Below are positions 37,911-46,423 of a stretch of DNA of 64,000 bases, one piece after another. The position numbers and the translations under genes are program-made. Every line of letters begins with the position of its first letter. Positions within the stretch are counted from its first letter, which is position 1. This DNA is from an uncultured Pirellulaceae bacterium. Its GTDB lineage: Bacteria; Planctomycetota; Planctomycetia; Pirellulales; Pirellulaceae. Where the stretch lies: NCBI GenBank assembly GCA_964394305.1, contig CAYMWL010000021.1:7196-71195 (forward strand). The letters run 5' to 3'. The notes beneath the pieces were generated by a model. The model was not told the DNA's origin and did no database searches. It saw only the letters and a program-made list of their open reading frames with translations.

Positions 37911-39491
37911 ATGACAAAACGTCGCTGCCGGCAGGCGGCTGTCGATCGCACGTTGGTGGTGATCTTAGGTTCGCTTGTCGTGCTCGTGTTCCTTGTCGTG
38001 ACGCTGTTGCGGAATAAGCCCGGTGTCAAACCGCCGGGAAATCAAGCCGACGCGGCGAAGCAGGTTCAGCCGCTCGTCGTATATTGCGCCGCCAGCAACA
38101 AGAGCGTGATCGAAGCAATTCGCCGCGACTATGAACGCGAATTTCAAGTGCCGCTGGAGTTGCAATATGGTGCTTCGCAAACCTTGCTGGCTTCGTTGTC
38201 GGTAACCGGCACCGGTGACTTGTATCTGCCGGCGGACGACAGTTTTTTGATTGCGGCGCGCGAGAAGCAATTGATTGATGACGAGTATCAGCTCGCAACA
38301 ATGCAGGCCGTCGTCGCCGTAGCCAAGGGGAATCCGCTGCAGATCAAAACCTGGGGCGACCTTCTCAAACCAGAAGTGCGTATCGCCCAAGCCAATCCTG
38401 AAGCAGCTGCCATCGGCAAACTGGTGAAAGCTTCGCTCGATGAGCGAAGTTTGTGGAAGCCTCTGCATGAGCACACGACAGTCTTCAAAACAACCATCAC
38501 GGAAGTAGCCAACGATCTGAAAGCCAATGCCGTCGACGCCGGCATTGTCTTCGACGCAGTGCTGCACGATTACAAAACACTGGAAGGTGTCACGCTGCCG
38601 GAACTTGAGCCCGTGAAAGCCAACGTGGCCATTTCCGTTCTCAAGTCGAGCACGCAAGCCCGCCAGGCGCGGCACTTTGCCCGTTATGTCTCGGCGAGTG
38701 ACAAGGGCTTGAAACATTATCGCGAGTTCGGCTTTCAGCCTGTCGCGAGTGAAAAATGGAGCGAGGCGCCCGAACTTACGCTCTATTCCGGCTCGATGCT
38801 CCGCCCCGCCATCGAGCAGACAATCACGGACTTCGAAAAAGAAGAAGGCGTACGCGTGACCCGCGTCTACAACGGCTGCGGCATTCTCGTCGCCCAGATG
38901 AAAGCCGGGCAAGTTCCGGATGCATACTTTGCCTGCGACCTCGAATTCATGAAGCAGGTAAAGGAAATTTTCCCGGCGTACGAAAGCATCTCGCAGAATG
39001 AACTCGTCATTCTGGTGAAAAAGGGAAACCCTGCCGGCATTCGAAATTTGAAAGACCTTTCGAAGGATGGCCTGCGTATCGGCATTGGACATGAAAAGCA
39101 ATGTGCGATGGGCTGGCTGACGCAGCGCACGTTTGACGAAGGGGGCGTGCGCGAATCGGTGATGAAAAACGTCGTCGTACAAACGCCGACCGGCGACATG
39201 TTGGTGAATCAAATGCGTTCCGGATCGCTCGACGCGGCGGTCGCCTATTTGAGCAATGCCGCCGGCGCTAAGGATGATCTTGATGCGATTCGCATTCAGG
39301 GCATTCCCTGTTCCATCGCCAGTCAACCTTTCGGCATCGCTAAGGATACGCCGCACAAGCAGCTCGCCGCACGGTTGCTGACGGCCATCAAGGCCAAGGA
39401 ATCGCAGGAGCGATTTACCAAAGAGGGATTCCGCTTGGCGGATGAGGAAGCCGAGAAACCTGATGACGCGAAGGCTACTCCGGATGAGTGA
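37911..39491 (+). CDS. modA: Molybdate/tungstate-type ABC substrate-binding protein with two tandem ModA-like domains
   Basis: N-terminal TM anchor. Domain 1: YCAAS, YGASQTL, ANPEAAAIG. Domain 2: YSGSML, YNGCGIL, QCAMG. Start may be 37887. Confidence 0.85.
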   Translation: MTKRRCRQAAVDRTLVVILGSLVVLVFLVVTLLRNKPGVKPPGNQADAAKQVQPLVVYCAASNKSVIEAIRRDYEREFQVPLELQYGASQTLLASLSVTGTGDLYLPADDSFLIAAREKQLIDDEYQLATMQAVVAVAKGNPLQIKTWGDLLKPEVRIAQANPEAAAIGKLVKASLDERSLWKPLHEHTTVFKTTITEVANDLKANAVDAGIVFDAVLHDYKTLEGVTLPELEPVKANVAISVLKSSTQARQARHFARYVSASDKGLKHYREFGFQPVASEKWSEAPELTLYSGSMLRPAIEQTITDFEKEEGVRVTRVYNGCGILVAQMKAGQVPDAYFACDLEFMKQVKEIFPAYESISQNELVILVKKGNPAGIRNLKDLSKDGLRIGIGHEKQCAMGWLTQRTFDEGGVRESVMKNVVVQTPTGDMLVNQMRSGSLDAAVAYLSNAAGAKDDLDAIRIQGIPCSIASQPFGIAKDTPHKQLAARLLTAIKAKESQERFTKEGFRLADEEAEKPDDAKATPDE

Positions 39492-40323
39492 AGTGCCGCC
39501 CGCGCAGCGACCGCATAAGGCAGGTTCCGATTGGCCGTTCATGATTGTCCTCAGTATTCTGGGTGGCAGTTATGTCCTGCTGATCGTCGCGCTGCTGATC
39601 GCCGATTTGGCTTACACTTCACCACGTCATTTTTCTGCCGCACTCGCTAAACCGGAAATTCAGTATGCGATCTGGCTCACCATGGTGAGTTGTTCGATTT
39701 CTGCATTGCTCTCGGTGTGGGTTGCGACTCCGCTGGGATATTTGCTCTCGCGATTTACCTTTCGTGGCCGCTGGTTGATTGACACCATCATTGACATCCC
39801 CGTCGTGCTGCCCCCGCTCGTGATTGGTCTCAGCTTGTTGATTTTGTTCCATCTGCCGGTGGGTGGCACGAACCTCGAGCGACAGATGCAGCGTCTGCTT
39901 GGTCTGCGCATTACGTACGCAGAACCTGCCGTCGTGCTCGCGCAATTTGCGGTTGCTTGTGCATTCGCCGTGCAAACGATGCGAGTTACGTTCGACCAGA
40001 TTGATACCCGTGCGGAACAAGTCGCGCTCACGCTCGGCTGTCGACGGAGCCAGGCGTTTTTCCAAGTCACAATGCCGCAGGCGTGGCGTGGCATGATCGC
40101 TGCGTTGACGATTGCCTGGGCTCGTTCGCTCGGCGAATTCGGCCCGATTCTCGTTTTTGCCGGCGCCACGCGCATGCGGACGGAGGTGCTCTCGACGACC
40201 GTGTTCCTGGAACTCAGCGTGGGCCAACTCGAAGCTGCGGTCGCGGTTTCGTTGCTCATGGTCGTCGCCTCGATGTTGGTGCTCGGCGTCGTGCGATTGC
40301 TCGGGACCAAGGTGACCCGATGA
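39484..40323 (+). CDS. modB: Molybdate ABC transporter permease
   Basis: DIPVVLPPLVIGLSLL; EQVALTLG; WARSLGEFGPILVFAG; start overlaps the modA stop. Confidence 0.9.
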   Translation: MSEVPPAQRPHKAGSDWPFMIVLSILGGSYVLLIVALLIADLAYTSPRHFSAALAKPEIQYAIWLTMVSCSISALLSVWVATPLGYLLSRFTFRGRWLIDTIIDIPVVLPPLVIGLSLLILFHLPVGGTNLERQMQRLLGLRITYAEPAVVLAQFAVACAFAVQTMRVTFDQIDTRAEQVALTLGCRRSQAFFQVTMPQAWRGMIAALTIAWARSLGEFGPILVFAGATRMRTEVLSTTVFLELSVGQLEAAVAVSLLMVVASMLVLGVVRLLGTKVTR

Positions 40324-40997
40324 TCGAACTGCAAAATCTTTCGCTTCGCGCCGGCGCGTTCTCGCTGTTGAATGTAGACTTGCTGATTCCTCAGGGAACG
40401 TACGCGGTGCTGATGGGCGGTACGGGACAGGGAAAGACTTCGCTGCTCGAGGTTATCTGCGGCTTGAAGCCAGTCGCCGCGGGAAAAGTCCGACTTGCCG
40501 GACAGGACGTCACGCATTGGAAACCCGCCGACCGCGGCATTGGCTATGTGCCGCAGGACCTGGCGCTCTTTCCGACGATTTCGGTTCGTGGCCATTTGGA
40601 ATTTGCGCTCAAGTTGCGGAACTGGTCGACTGCGGCAATGCGCGACCGCGTCGCTCACCTCGCCAGCGTGCTCAGCATCGAACATTTGCTCGATCGAGGC
40701 GTGCGGCATTTGAGCGGCGGCGAAGCGCAGCGTGTGGCGATCGGCCGCGCGATTTCTTTCGAGCCTGAAGTGCTGCTGATGGATGAACCACTCAACGCGC
40801 TGGATGAAACGACTCGCGATCGACTCTGCAATTTGTTACGGACCATTCATGCCCAAATCAAGTTGACGACGTTGCATATCACACATAGCCGCTCAGAAGC
40901 TCGACAAGTCGCTGATAAGTTCTACTTTCTCGTGGCTGGCAAGCTGCAAGAACGCCCCGTGTCTGAACTTGATGGACTCGCCAACCACTTTCACTGA
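40320..40997 (+). CDS. modC: ABC transporter ATP-binding protein (ModC-like, no TOBE domain)
   Basis: GGTGQGKTS; YVPQD; LSGGEAQR; LLMDEP; ITHS; ATGA overlap with modB. Not separately listed in the ORF track. Confidence 0.88.
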   Translation: MIELQNLSLRAGAFSLLNVDLLIPQGTYAVLMGGTGQGKTSLLEVICGLKPVAAGKVRLAGQDVTHWKPADRGIGYVPQDLALFPTISVRGHLEFALKLRNWSTAAMRDRVAHLASVLSIEHLLDRGVRHLSGGEAQRVAIGRAISFEPEVLLMDEPLNALDETTRDRLCNLLRTIHAQIKLTTLHITHSRSEARQVADKFYFLVAGKLQERPVSELDGLANHFH

Positions 40998-41007
40998 TTC
41001 CGTCCCC

Positions 41008-41289
41008 ATGAAACTGATCGTCAAATATTCCGCACAACTTCGCACGGCCTTGCAACGGGCCGAGGAGGTGATTGAACTGCCGCCGGCGAGCCGGCTGTCC
41101 GAACTGCTGCTGCATCTCGCCGAACGCCATGACTCCGGCCGGCCGCACTTGCTGAACGCCAAGGGAAACGTCCAAGCCAGTTTGCTCGTTGTGGTGAACG
41201 AAGCTGCAGTGGCGGCGAACGACGCAACCACGTGGCAACTCAACGAAGGCGATGTGGTCCTTTTATTGCCGCCAATCGCGGGAGGATAG
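41008..41289 (+). CDS. MoaD/ThiS family sulfur-carrier protein
   Basis: 93 aa, ubiquitin-like fold pattern; ends LNEGDVVLLLPPIAGG with C-terminal GG. Confidence 0.92.
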   Translation: MKLIVKYSAQLRTALQRAEEVIELPPASRLSELLLHLAERHDSGRPHLLNAKGNVQASLLVVVNEAAVAANDATTWQLNEGDVVLLLPPIAGG

Positions 41290-41295
41290 TGGGCC

Positions 41296-42048
41296 ATGAC
41301 AGAGCTGCCTCCACTAACTCCCGAAGAACGCCGTCGATACGAATGGCAACTTTGGGTCCCCGATTTCGGCGAAGCCGGCCAGCAGCGATTGAAAGCCGCG
41401 ACGGTTTTGGTTTCCCGTATCGGCGGCGTCGGTGGCACCGCCGCATTGCAACTCGCGGCGGCGGGAGTGGGCAGATTGATACTTGCCCACGGCGGCGAAC
41501 TGCGGCTCAACGATCTCAATCGCCAGTTGCTCATGACGACCGCGGGCATCGGCGTGCGACGAGTCGAACTCGCAACCGAGCGTTTGCGCGAACTCAATCC
41601 GCATGTCGAGATTGAAACCGTCGCCGAAAATTTCAGCGAAGCCAATGCGGCCGAACTCGTCAGTCGCTGCAATTTGATCATCAGCGCGGCGCCACTCTTT
41701 GCCGAACGAATGCTGATGAATCGCGAAGCGGTTCGCCAACGCAAGCCGCTCATCGACTGTGCGATGTACGAGCTGGAAGGTCGCCTGACGACGATCATCC
41801 CCGGCCAAACTCCCTGTCTCGCTTGCATGTATCCTGAGCCTCCGGTCAATTGGAATCGCGAATTCCCGGTATTCAGCGCGGTTTCATCAACTGTGGGATC
41901 GATGGCAGGCATGGAAGCAATCAAGTTGCTGGCGAGCTTGGGTGAACCGCTGGCGGGGCGACTCCTCGTTTTCGATTTGCGCGACATGAGCTTTCGCAAG
42001 CTCTCGATCGCGCGCCGCGCTGACTGTGCCGTTTGCGGGGAACTGTAA
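41296..42048 (+). CDS. HesA/MoeB/ThiF family adenylyltransferase, HesA-like
   Basis: RYEWQLWVPDFGEAGQQRLK; GGVGG; ILAHGGELRLNDLNRQ; LTTIIPGQTPCLAC; CAVCG. Confidence 0.9.
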   Translation: MTELPPLTPEERRRYEWQLWVPDFGEAGQQRLKAATVLVSRIGGVGGTAALQLAAAGVGRLILAHGGELRLNDLNRQLLMTTAGIGVRRVELATERLRELNPHVEIETVAENFSEANAAELVSRCNLIISAAPLFAERMLMNREAVRQRKPLIDCAMYELEGRLTTIIPGQTPCLACMYPEPPVNWNREFPVFSAVSSTVGSMAGMEAIKLLASLGEPLAGRLLVFDLRDMSFRKLSIARRADCAVCGEL

Positions 42049-42059
42049 GGAATAGGGCG

Positions 42060-45000
42060 ATGACCAATAAATTGCTGCCGCTGTTGCTGTATCTGTTCGT
42101 TGGGACCGCGACCGCCGCCGATTGGCCGATGTATCGCGGCGATGCGGAGCGAACTGGCTACACGGCTGAACCGCTCCCTGCGAAGCTGTCGCTGGTGTGG
42201 ACTTATCGTCCCACGCATCCGCCGACTCCGGCGTGGCCACGAGACGATCGCATGCTCTTTGATCGTGCCAGCGATGTGGTCATCAGCGGCGGCGTGGCAA
42301 TCTTCGGCAGTTCCAGCGATAGCCAGGTGATCGCGCTCGATGCTGCAACCGGCGCGCATCGGTGGACTTTTTTTGCCGATGCTCCCGTCCGATTCGCGGC
42401 GGCCATCTGGCACGACAAAGCGTTCATCGTGAGCGACGACGGCATGTTGTATTGCCTCGCGGTTGCTGACGGCAAATTGTTGAACCAATGGCGCGGCGGT
42501 CCCACCGATGACTTGATCCTCGGCAACGGCCGGATGGTTTCGCGCTGGCCCGCGCGCGGTGGACCTGTCATTCGCGATGACATCGTCTATTTCGCCGCAG
42601 GCATCTGGCAGTCGGAGAGAATCTATCTGACTGCGATCAACGCGGAGACCGGCAAACAGATTTGGCAGAATGACAAGGCGGGGCAGATCTACATGCCGCA
42701 GCCGCACGGCGGCGCGATGGCCAACAGCGGTGTGTCGGCGCAGGGCTATCTGGTGGCGAATGACAACGAGTTGATCGTGCCCACCGGCCGTGCAGTCCCT
42801 GCCGGTTTCGCGCGGCGGAGTGGTGAGTTTCTTTACTATCACTTGCAAGCCAACGGACACATCGGCGGCACACAGACGGTCGTGGCCGATGACACGTTCT
42901 ACAACGGTGGCTCGGCGTTTCGAAACGAAAATGGCGCGCTCGTGGCCAAGTTGGGAGTTGGATCGATCGCGGCAACTCCAGCCGGCACGTTGTTTGGCAC
43001 GAAGAAAGATGTGCGGCTCGTCAAATTGATCGAGAAGACTGCGCCCGATCGCAAAGGGGTACCGACGAAAACAATGGACCACCAGGTGGAATGGTCCGTT
43101 GCTGATGTCGACGGCAGCGCGTCCCTCATTGTTGCTGGCCACGTCGTCGTCGCCGGAGGCAGCATTAGCGGAGGCAACGGCAAGGTGACAGCCATCGATG
43201 TGCAGTCGCAAAAAATACTCTGGTCCGCAGAAGTCGCGGGCATTCCGTATGGTTTGGCCGCAGCGAATGGCAAACTCTATGTCAGCACCGATCGCGGCGA
43301 AATTCATTGCTTTGCAACAGAAGCGAGTTCCAAACCAGCAGTTATTACTCTGCCGCAAACAAAGATCGTTGCGAATGCCCAAGCGACGAAGGCTGCGCAG
43401 GAGATCCTGCGGAAAACGAGCGTCACTGAAGGATTCTGCCTCGATCTCGATTGCGACGACGGCGAATTGGCCGTTGCCTTGGCTCAGCAATCGAAGTTGC
43501 AAATCTATGCCGTTCATTCCAGCGCTGAAGATGTCGCCGCGTTGCGAAAAAAGTTGGCCGCGGCCGGCTTGTACGGCACTCGCATCACTGTACATCAAGG
43601 CACCCGTGACAAGCTCCGCTACGGCAAGTACTTTGCGGACCTCGTGGTTTCCAGCCAATCGCTGAAGTCGGGACCAATCCCCTCGACGGCAGATAAGATT
43701 CCCTCGGCGCTTCGACCTGCTGGCGGGCAACTCTGCTCCGGCAAGGTTGGCAACATGGAAACGTTCCAACGCCCCGCCCTTGCTCGTGCGGGGAGTTGGA
43801 CGCATCAATACTCCGATCTCGGCAATAGCAGTTGCTCGACCGATGAGATTGTGAAAGGTGACTTGCGGGCCCTCTGGTTTCGCGATGTGGATCTCGAAAT
43901 GCCGCAACGGCATGGCCGCGGTCATGCGCCGCTGTTTCAAGACGGCCGAATGTTTGTCGAAGGAATGGGTGCCCTCCGCGCGGTCGATGGTTACAACGGC
44001 CGCAACTTGTGGGAGTTCCCGCTGCCGAACATTCAAGCTGCGTACAATGCCGACCATCTGTCGGGAACTTCGGTGACTGGCAGCAATTTCTGCGTGGCCG
44101 ACGGCAACGTGTATGTGCACGACAAGTTGCAATGTTACCGTCTCGATGCCGCAACTGGTCGCAAACTGGGGGAATTCAAGACGCCCGTCAATAAGGACCG
44201 CAAGCCTGGTTCGTGGGGCTATATCGCCAGCGACGGCAAGTTGCTGTTTGGCTCGGTCGCCAATCCGCAGCATGTTGCTCGCTTTGCTTGGAAGTTCGCC
44301 GATGTGAGCGAGTTGTGGGGCGAATCGGCGACGTTTTTCGCGCTCGATGCCAAGTCCGGCGAACTGCGCTGGAAATACGACGCCGAGGAATCGATCCGTC
44401 ACAATGCGATCACGATCGGCAACGGCCACGTTTATTTGATCGACCGCGCCATCGCCAAAGAAGACAAGCTGACAACGGTCGACAAGGCCGGTAAGTTGCC
44501 GGCCGTCGCGGCGGTGAAGCATTCGCCGGGACAGATCGTCGCGCTCGATATCAATACGGGAGAGATTGCTTGGAAAGGGGAACGCGATGCCTTCGGCACT
44601 GTTCTCTCGCTTAGTCCGCAGCACGACACGCTGCTGATGAGTTATCAATCGACGCGGTTCAAGTTGCCTTCGGAAGTCGGCGGCAAGTTGGCTGCCTATC
44701 GCGCAAGCACGGGCAAACCTCTGTGGCAAAAAGAAGCCAAGTACGTTACCCGTCCGCTGATTAACGATCGCACCATCTACGCCCAAGGAGGCTCTTGGGA
44801 TCTGATCACTGGCGAAGAAAAAGGCTTCACGTTGAACCGCTCGTACGGCTGCGGACAGTTCGCGGGCTCGAAGCACATGCTGCTGTTCCGTTCCGCAACA
44901 CTTGGCTATTTGGACCTGTCTCGCGGCTCGGGCGTCGAAAACTACGGTGGTATCCGCCCCGGCTGTTGGATCAACGCGCTTCCCGTCGGCGGCCTGGTGC

Positions 45001-45083
45001 TGGTGCCCGATGCCTCGGCGGGCTGTGCCTGCAGCTATCAGAATCGAAGTTGGATGGCGCTGTCGGGGACGGGGGATGAGTGA
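42060..45083 (+). CDS. Exported PQQ-binding-like beta-propeller protein with central methyltransferase-like domain
   Basis: Signal peptide + DWPMYRGD; Trp-docking repeats (ALDAATG..RW); LDLDCDDG insert; second propeller starting WTHQYSD; C-terminal YGCG, RPGCW, GCACSY. Confidence 0.85.
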   Translation: MTNKLLPLLLYLFVGTATAADWPMYRGDAERTGYTAEPLPAKLSLVWTYRPTHPPTPAWPRDDRMLFDRASDVVISGGVAIFGSSSDSQVIALDAATGAHRWTFFADAPVRFAAAIWHDKAFIVSDDGMLYCLAVADGKLLNQWRGGPTDDLILGNGRMVSRWPARGGPVIRDDIVYFAAGIWQSERIYLTAINAETGKQIWQNDKAGQIYMPQPHGGAMANSGVSAQGYLVANDNELIVPTGRAVPAGFARRSGEFLYYHLQANGHIGGTQTVVADDTFYNGGSAFRNENGALVAKLGVGSIAATPAGTLFGTKKDVRLVKLIEKTAPDRKGVPTKTMDHQVEWSVADVDGSASLIVAGHVVVAGGSISGGNGKVTAIDVQSQKILWSAEVAGIPYGLAAANGKLYVSTDRGEIHCFATEASSKPAVITLPQTKIVANAQATKAAQEILRKTSVTEGFCLDLDCDDGELAVALAQQSKLQIYAVHSSAEDVAALRKKLAAAGLYGTRITVHQGTRDKLRYGKYFADLVVSSQSLKSGPIPSTADKIPSALRPAGGQLCSGKVGNMETFQRPALARAGSWTHQYSDLGNSSCSTDEIVKGDLRALWFRDVDLEMPQRHGRGHAPLFQDGRMFVEGMGALRAVDGYNGRNLWEFPLPNIQAAYNADHLSGTSVTGSNFCVADGNVYVHDKLQCYRLDAATGRKLGEFKTPVNKDRKPGSWGYIASDGKLLFGSVANPQHVARFAWKFADVSELWGESATFFALDAKSGELRWKYDAEESIRHNAITIGNGHVYLIDRAIAKEDKLTTVDKAGKLPAVAAVKHSPGQIVALDINTGEIAWKGERDAFGTVLSLSPQHDTLLMSYQSTRFKLPSEVGGKLAAYRASTGKPLWQKEAKYVTRPLINDRTIYAQGGSWDLITGEEKGFTLNRSYGCGQFAGSKHMLLFRSATLGYLDLSRGSGVENYGGIRPGCWINALPVGGLVLVPDASAGCACSYQNRSWMALSGTGDE

Positions 45084-45113
45084 AAAACACCGCCGCCTTG
45101 TACGGGGGAATTT

Positions 45114-45374
45114 GATAACACTTTTTGTGTCTGCTTGAAAGTTGCAACGGGTGAATTGCGCAATACTTGCGCATGAACAGGGAACAAGTTTGATAACATC
45201 GCGACCCTGGTTTCGGAGGACCGAAAACCGACGCAAGCGGTGTTTTATTAAGGACTTATGTCGCAGTCGGCATATCTTCGTTGTTAACATCGCGATAACC
45301 CGTGATAACCACTGACAAGTGCTCAATAAGCCTTCGTGCCAATTTGATAACGCTCTCTGATAACACCTGATAAC
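45114..45374 (+). other. Non-coding GATAAC-box element, copy B (convergent intergenic region)
   Basis: GATAAC at 45114, 45192, 45294, 45304, 45346, 45359 and 45369, plus GTTAAC at 45283; all on one strand. Confidence 0.75.
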
Positions 45375-45537
45375 AGGCTCCCGCCGCCAATTGCCGCAGT
45401 GCTTGGTGAAGCGCGCAGCAACAACCAGCCTCAGGCACGTCTAGCGCCAGGGTGATGGATATCTGATCTTTTGTATATATTGCCCAGATCCCAGGGCACG
45501 TCAAGATTGGCTGGCCAATTACACCTGGAATTAGCAG

Positions 45538-46218
45538 CTAGTTCCCTGGCACTCGCGCCGTTTCCACGCGCGGCGGAATGAGCAGCGTTACGCCCAGCGG
45601 CAAGATCTCGGGATCCGCGAGGCGATCGAGATTGGCCACGTGGATTTCTCCCGCGCGGCCGCCATCGCCTAGATAGCGTTGCGCTAAAGCAGTCAGCGTG
45701 TCCCCTTCGACGATACGATGTTTCCGCCACAGCGGACCTGGTTTGGCTTGAGCTTCTTTGGCCGCAGCAACCTCATCGGCCGACGGGAGTAAGGGTTCAT
45801 GCACCGGCAAGTTCGTGTTGGGACCGTGGCTGATTTTGGTCGGACCGGGCACTTGCGGCGAAGAACCGGGATCCGAGCCCACCGGCACGAGCAGCGATTC
45901 GTACGACATGGGTAAGAACGGCGGCGCGGGCAATGCTTCCAGCGGCGGTTCTGTGGCCGGCACGGTTTGAAATGCGGCGGGCCGTGTCAACCGCCCCGGA
46001 GAAGTAGAAACCGGTGGCAGTTCTGGAGCAGGCGACTGACCGGGCTGCGAATGAACTTGCAGCGTCAAATCCTGCGGCGGCGACCAGGTGAGCGCGGGGC
46101 TCTCGTGATCGACGGACAAGGGCTGCGGCGCGACGGGCCGCGCATGACGAAAGGGCCACGCGAGCGCCACGCCGCCGGCCATCACCGCGCCGGCAATGAC
46201 AAATCGTTTGTAACTCAC
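45538..46218 (-). CDS. LysM peptidoglycan-binding protein
   Basis: N-terminal TM, Pro-rich linker, C-terminal LysM (HRIVEGDTLTALAQRYLG...N...L.DP..LPLGVTLLIP). GTG start at 46218 preferred. Confidence 0.85.
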   Translation of the reverse strand: MSYKRFVIAGAVMAGGVALAWPFRHARPVAPQPLSVDHESPALTWSPPQDLTLQVHSQPGQSPAPELPPVSTSPGRLTRPAAFQTVPATEPPLEALPAPPFLPMSYESLLVPVGSDPGSSPQVPGPTKISHGPNTNLPVHEPLLPSADEVAAAKEAQAKPGPLWRKHRIVEGDTLTALAQRYLGDGGRAGEIHVANLDRLADPEILPLGVTLLIPPRVETARVPGN

Positions 46219-46423
46219 AGCACCGCTCCACGCACAACTTGCTTGGAACGGCCTTGTTCCGCAGCGATCAACGCCTTTGGGATAGATTCCGCAGCAAATT
46301 CCCACACTGCGGCAACTCGCTTTCGCGGCGAGCTGATTCGTCCGTGGCTGTCATCGGCGCGTGCGAGCGTGCGGAGCGAATGATTTTTCGCGCAGCGAAA
46401 GTACCGCTAAAGAGCGAAGAGTT

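Noticed and set aside
37965-39542. 525-aa minus-strand ORF
   Set aside because: Antisense shadow of modA.
37911-42048. Evidence of nitrogen fixation or a complete Moco pathway
   Set aside because: No nifHDK/ENB, moaA/C/E, moeA or molybdoenzyme in the window; these may exist elsewhere in the genome.
42060-45083. PQQ-dependent dehydrogenase or BamB
   Set aside because: Only generic Trp-docking repeats are visible; there is no quinoprotein active-site signature or lipobox, and the size and insert do not fit BamB.
40893-45326. 1477-aa minus-strand ORF
   Set aside because: Antisense shadow of modC, moaD, hesA and the propeller gene; no recognisable domain; typical of GC-rich codon bias.
45109-45374. 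GATAAC boxes as canonical DnaA boxes or as a CRISPR array
   Set aside because: None continues as TTATCCACA (they read GTTATCR followed by variable bases). The repeats are 6-11 bp with irregular spacing, and no cas genes are present.
45256-45504. 82-aa minus-strand ORF inside GATAAC element B
   Set aside because: No clear RBS or homology; it shares only YRDV with the copy A translation, which the DNA motif explains, and stops inside the conserved element. A small protein is not strictly excluded.
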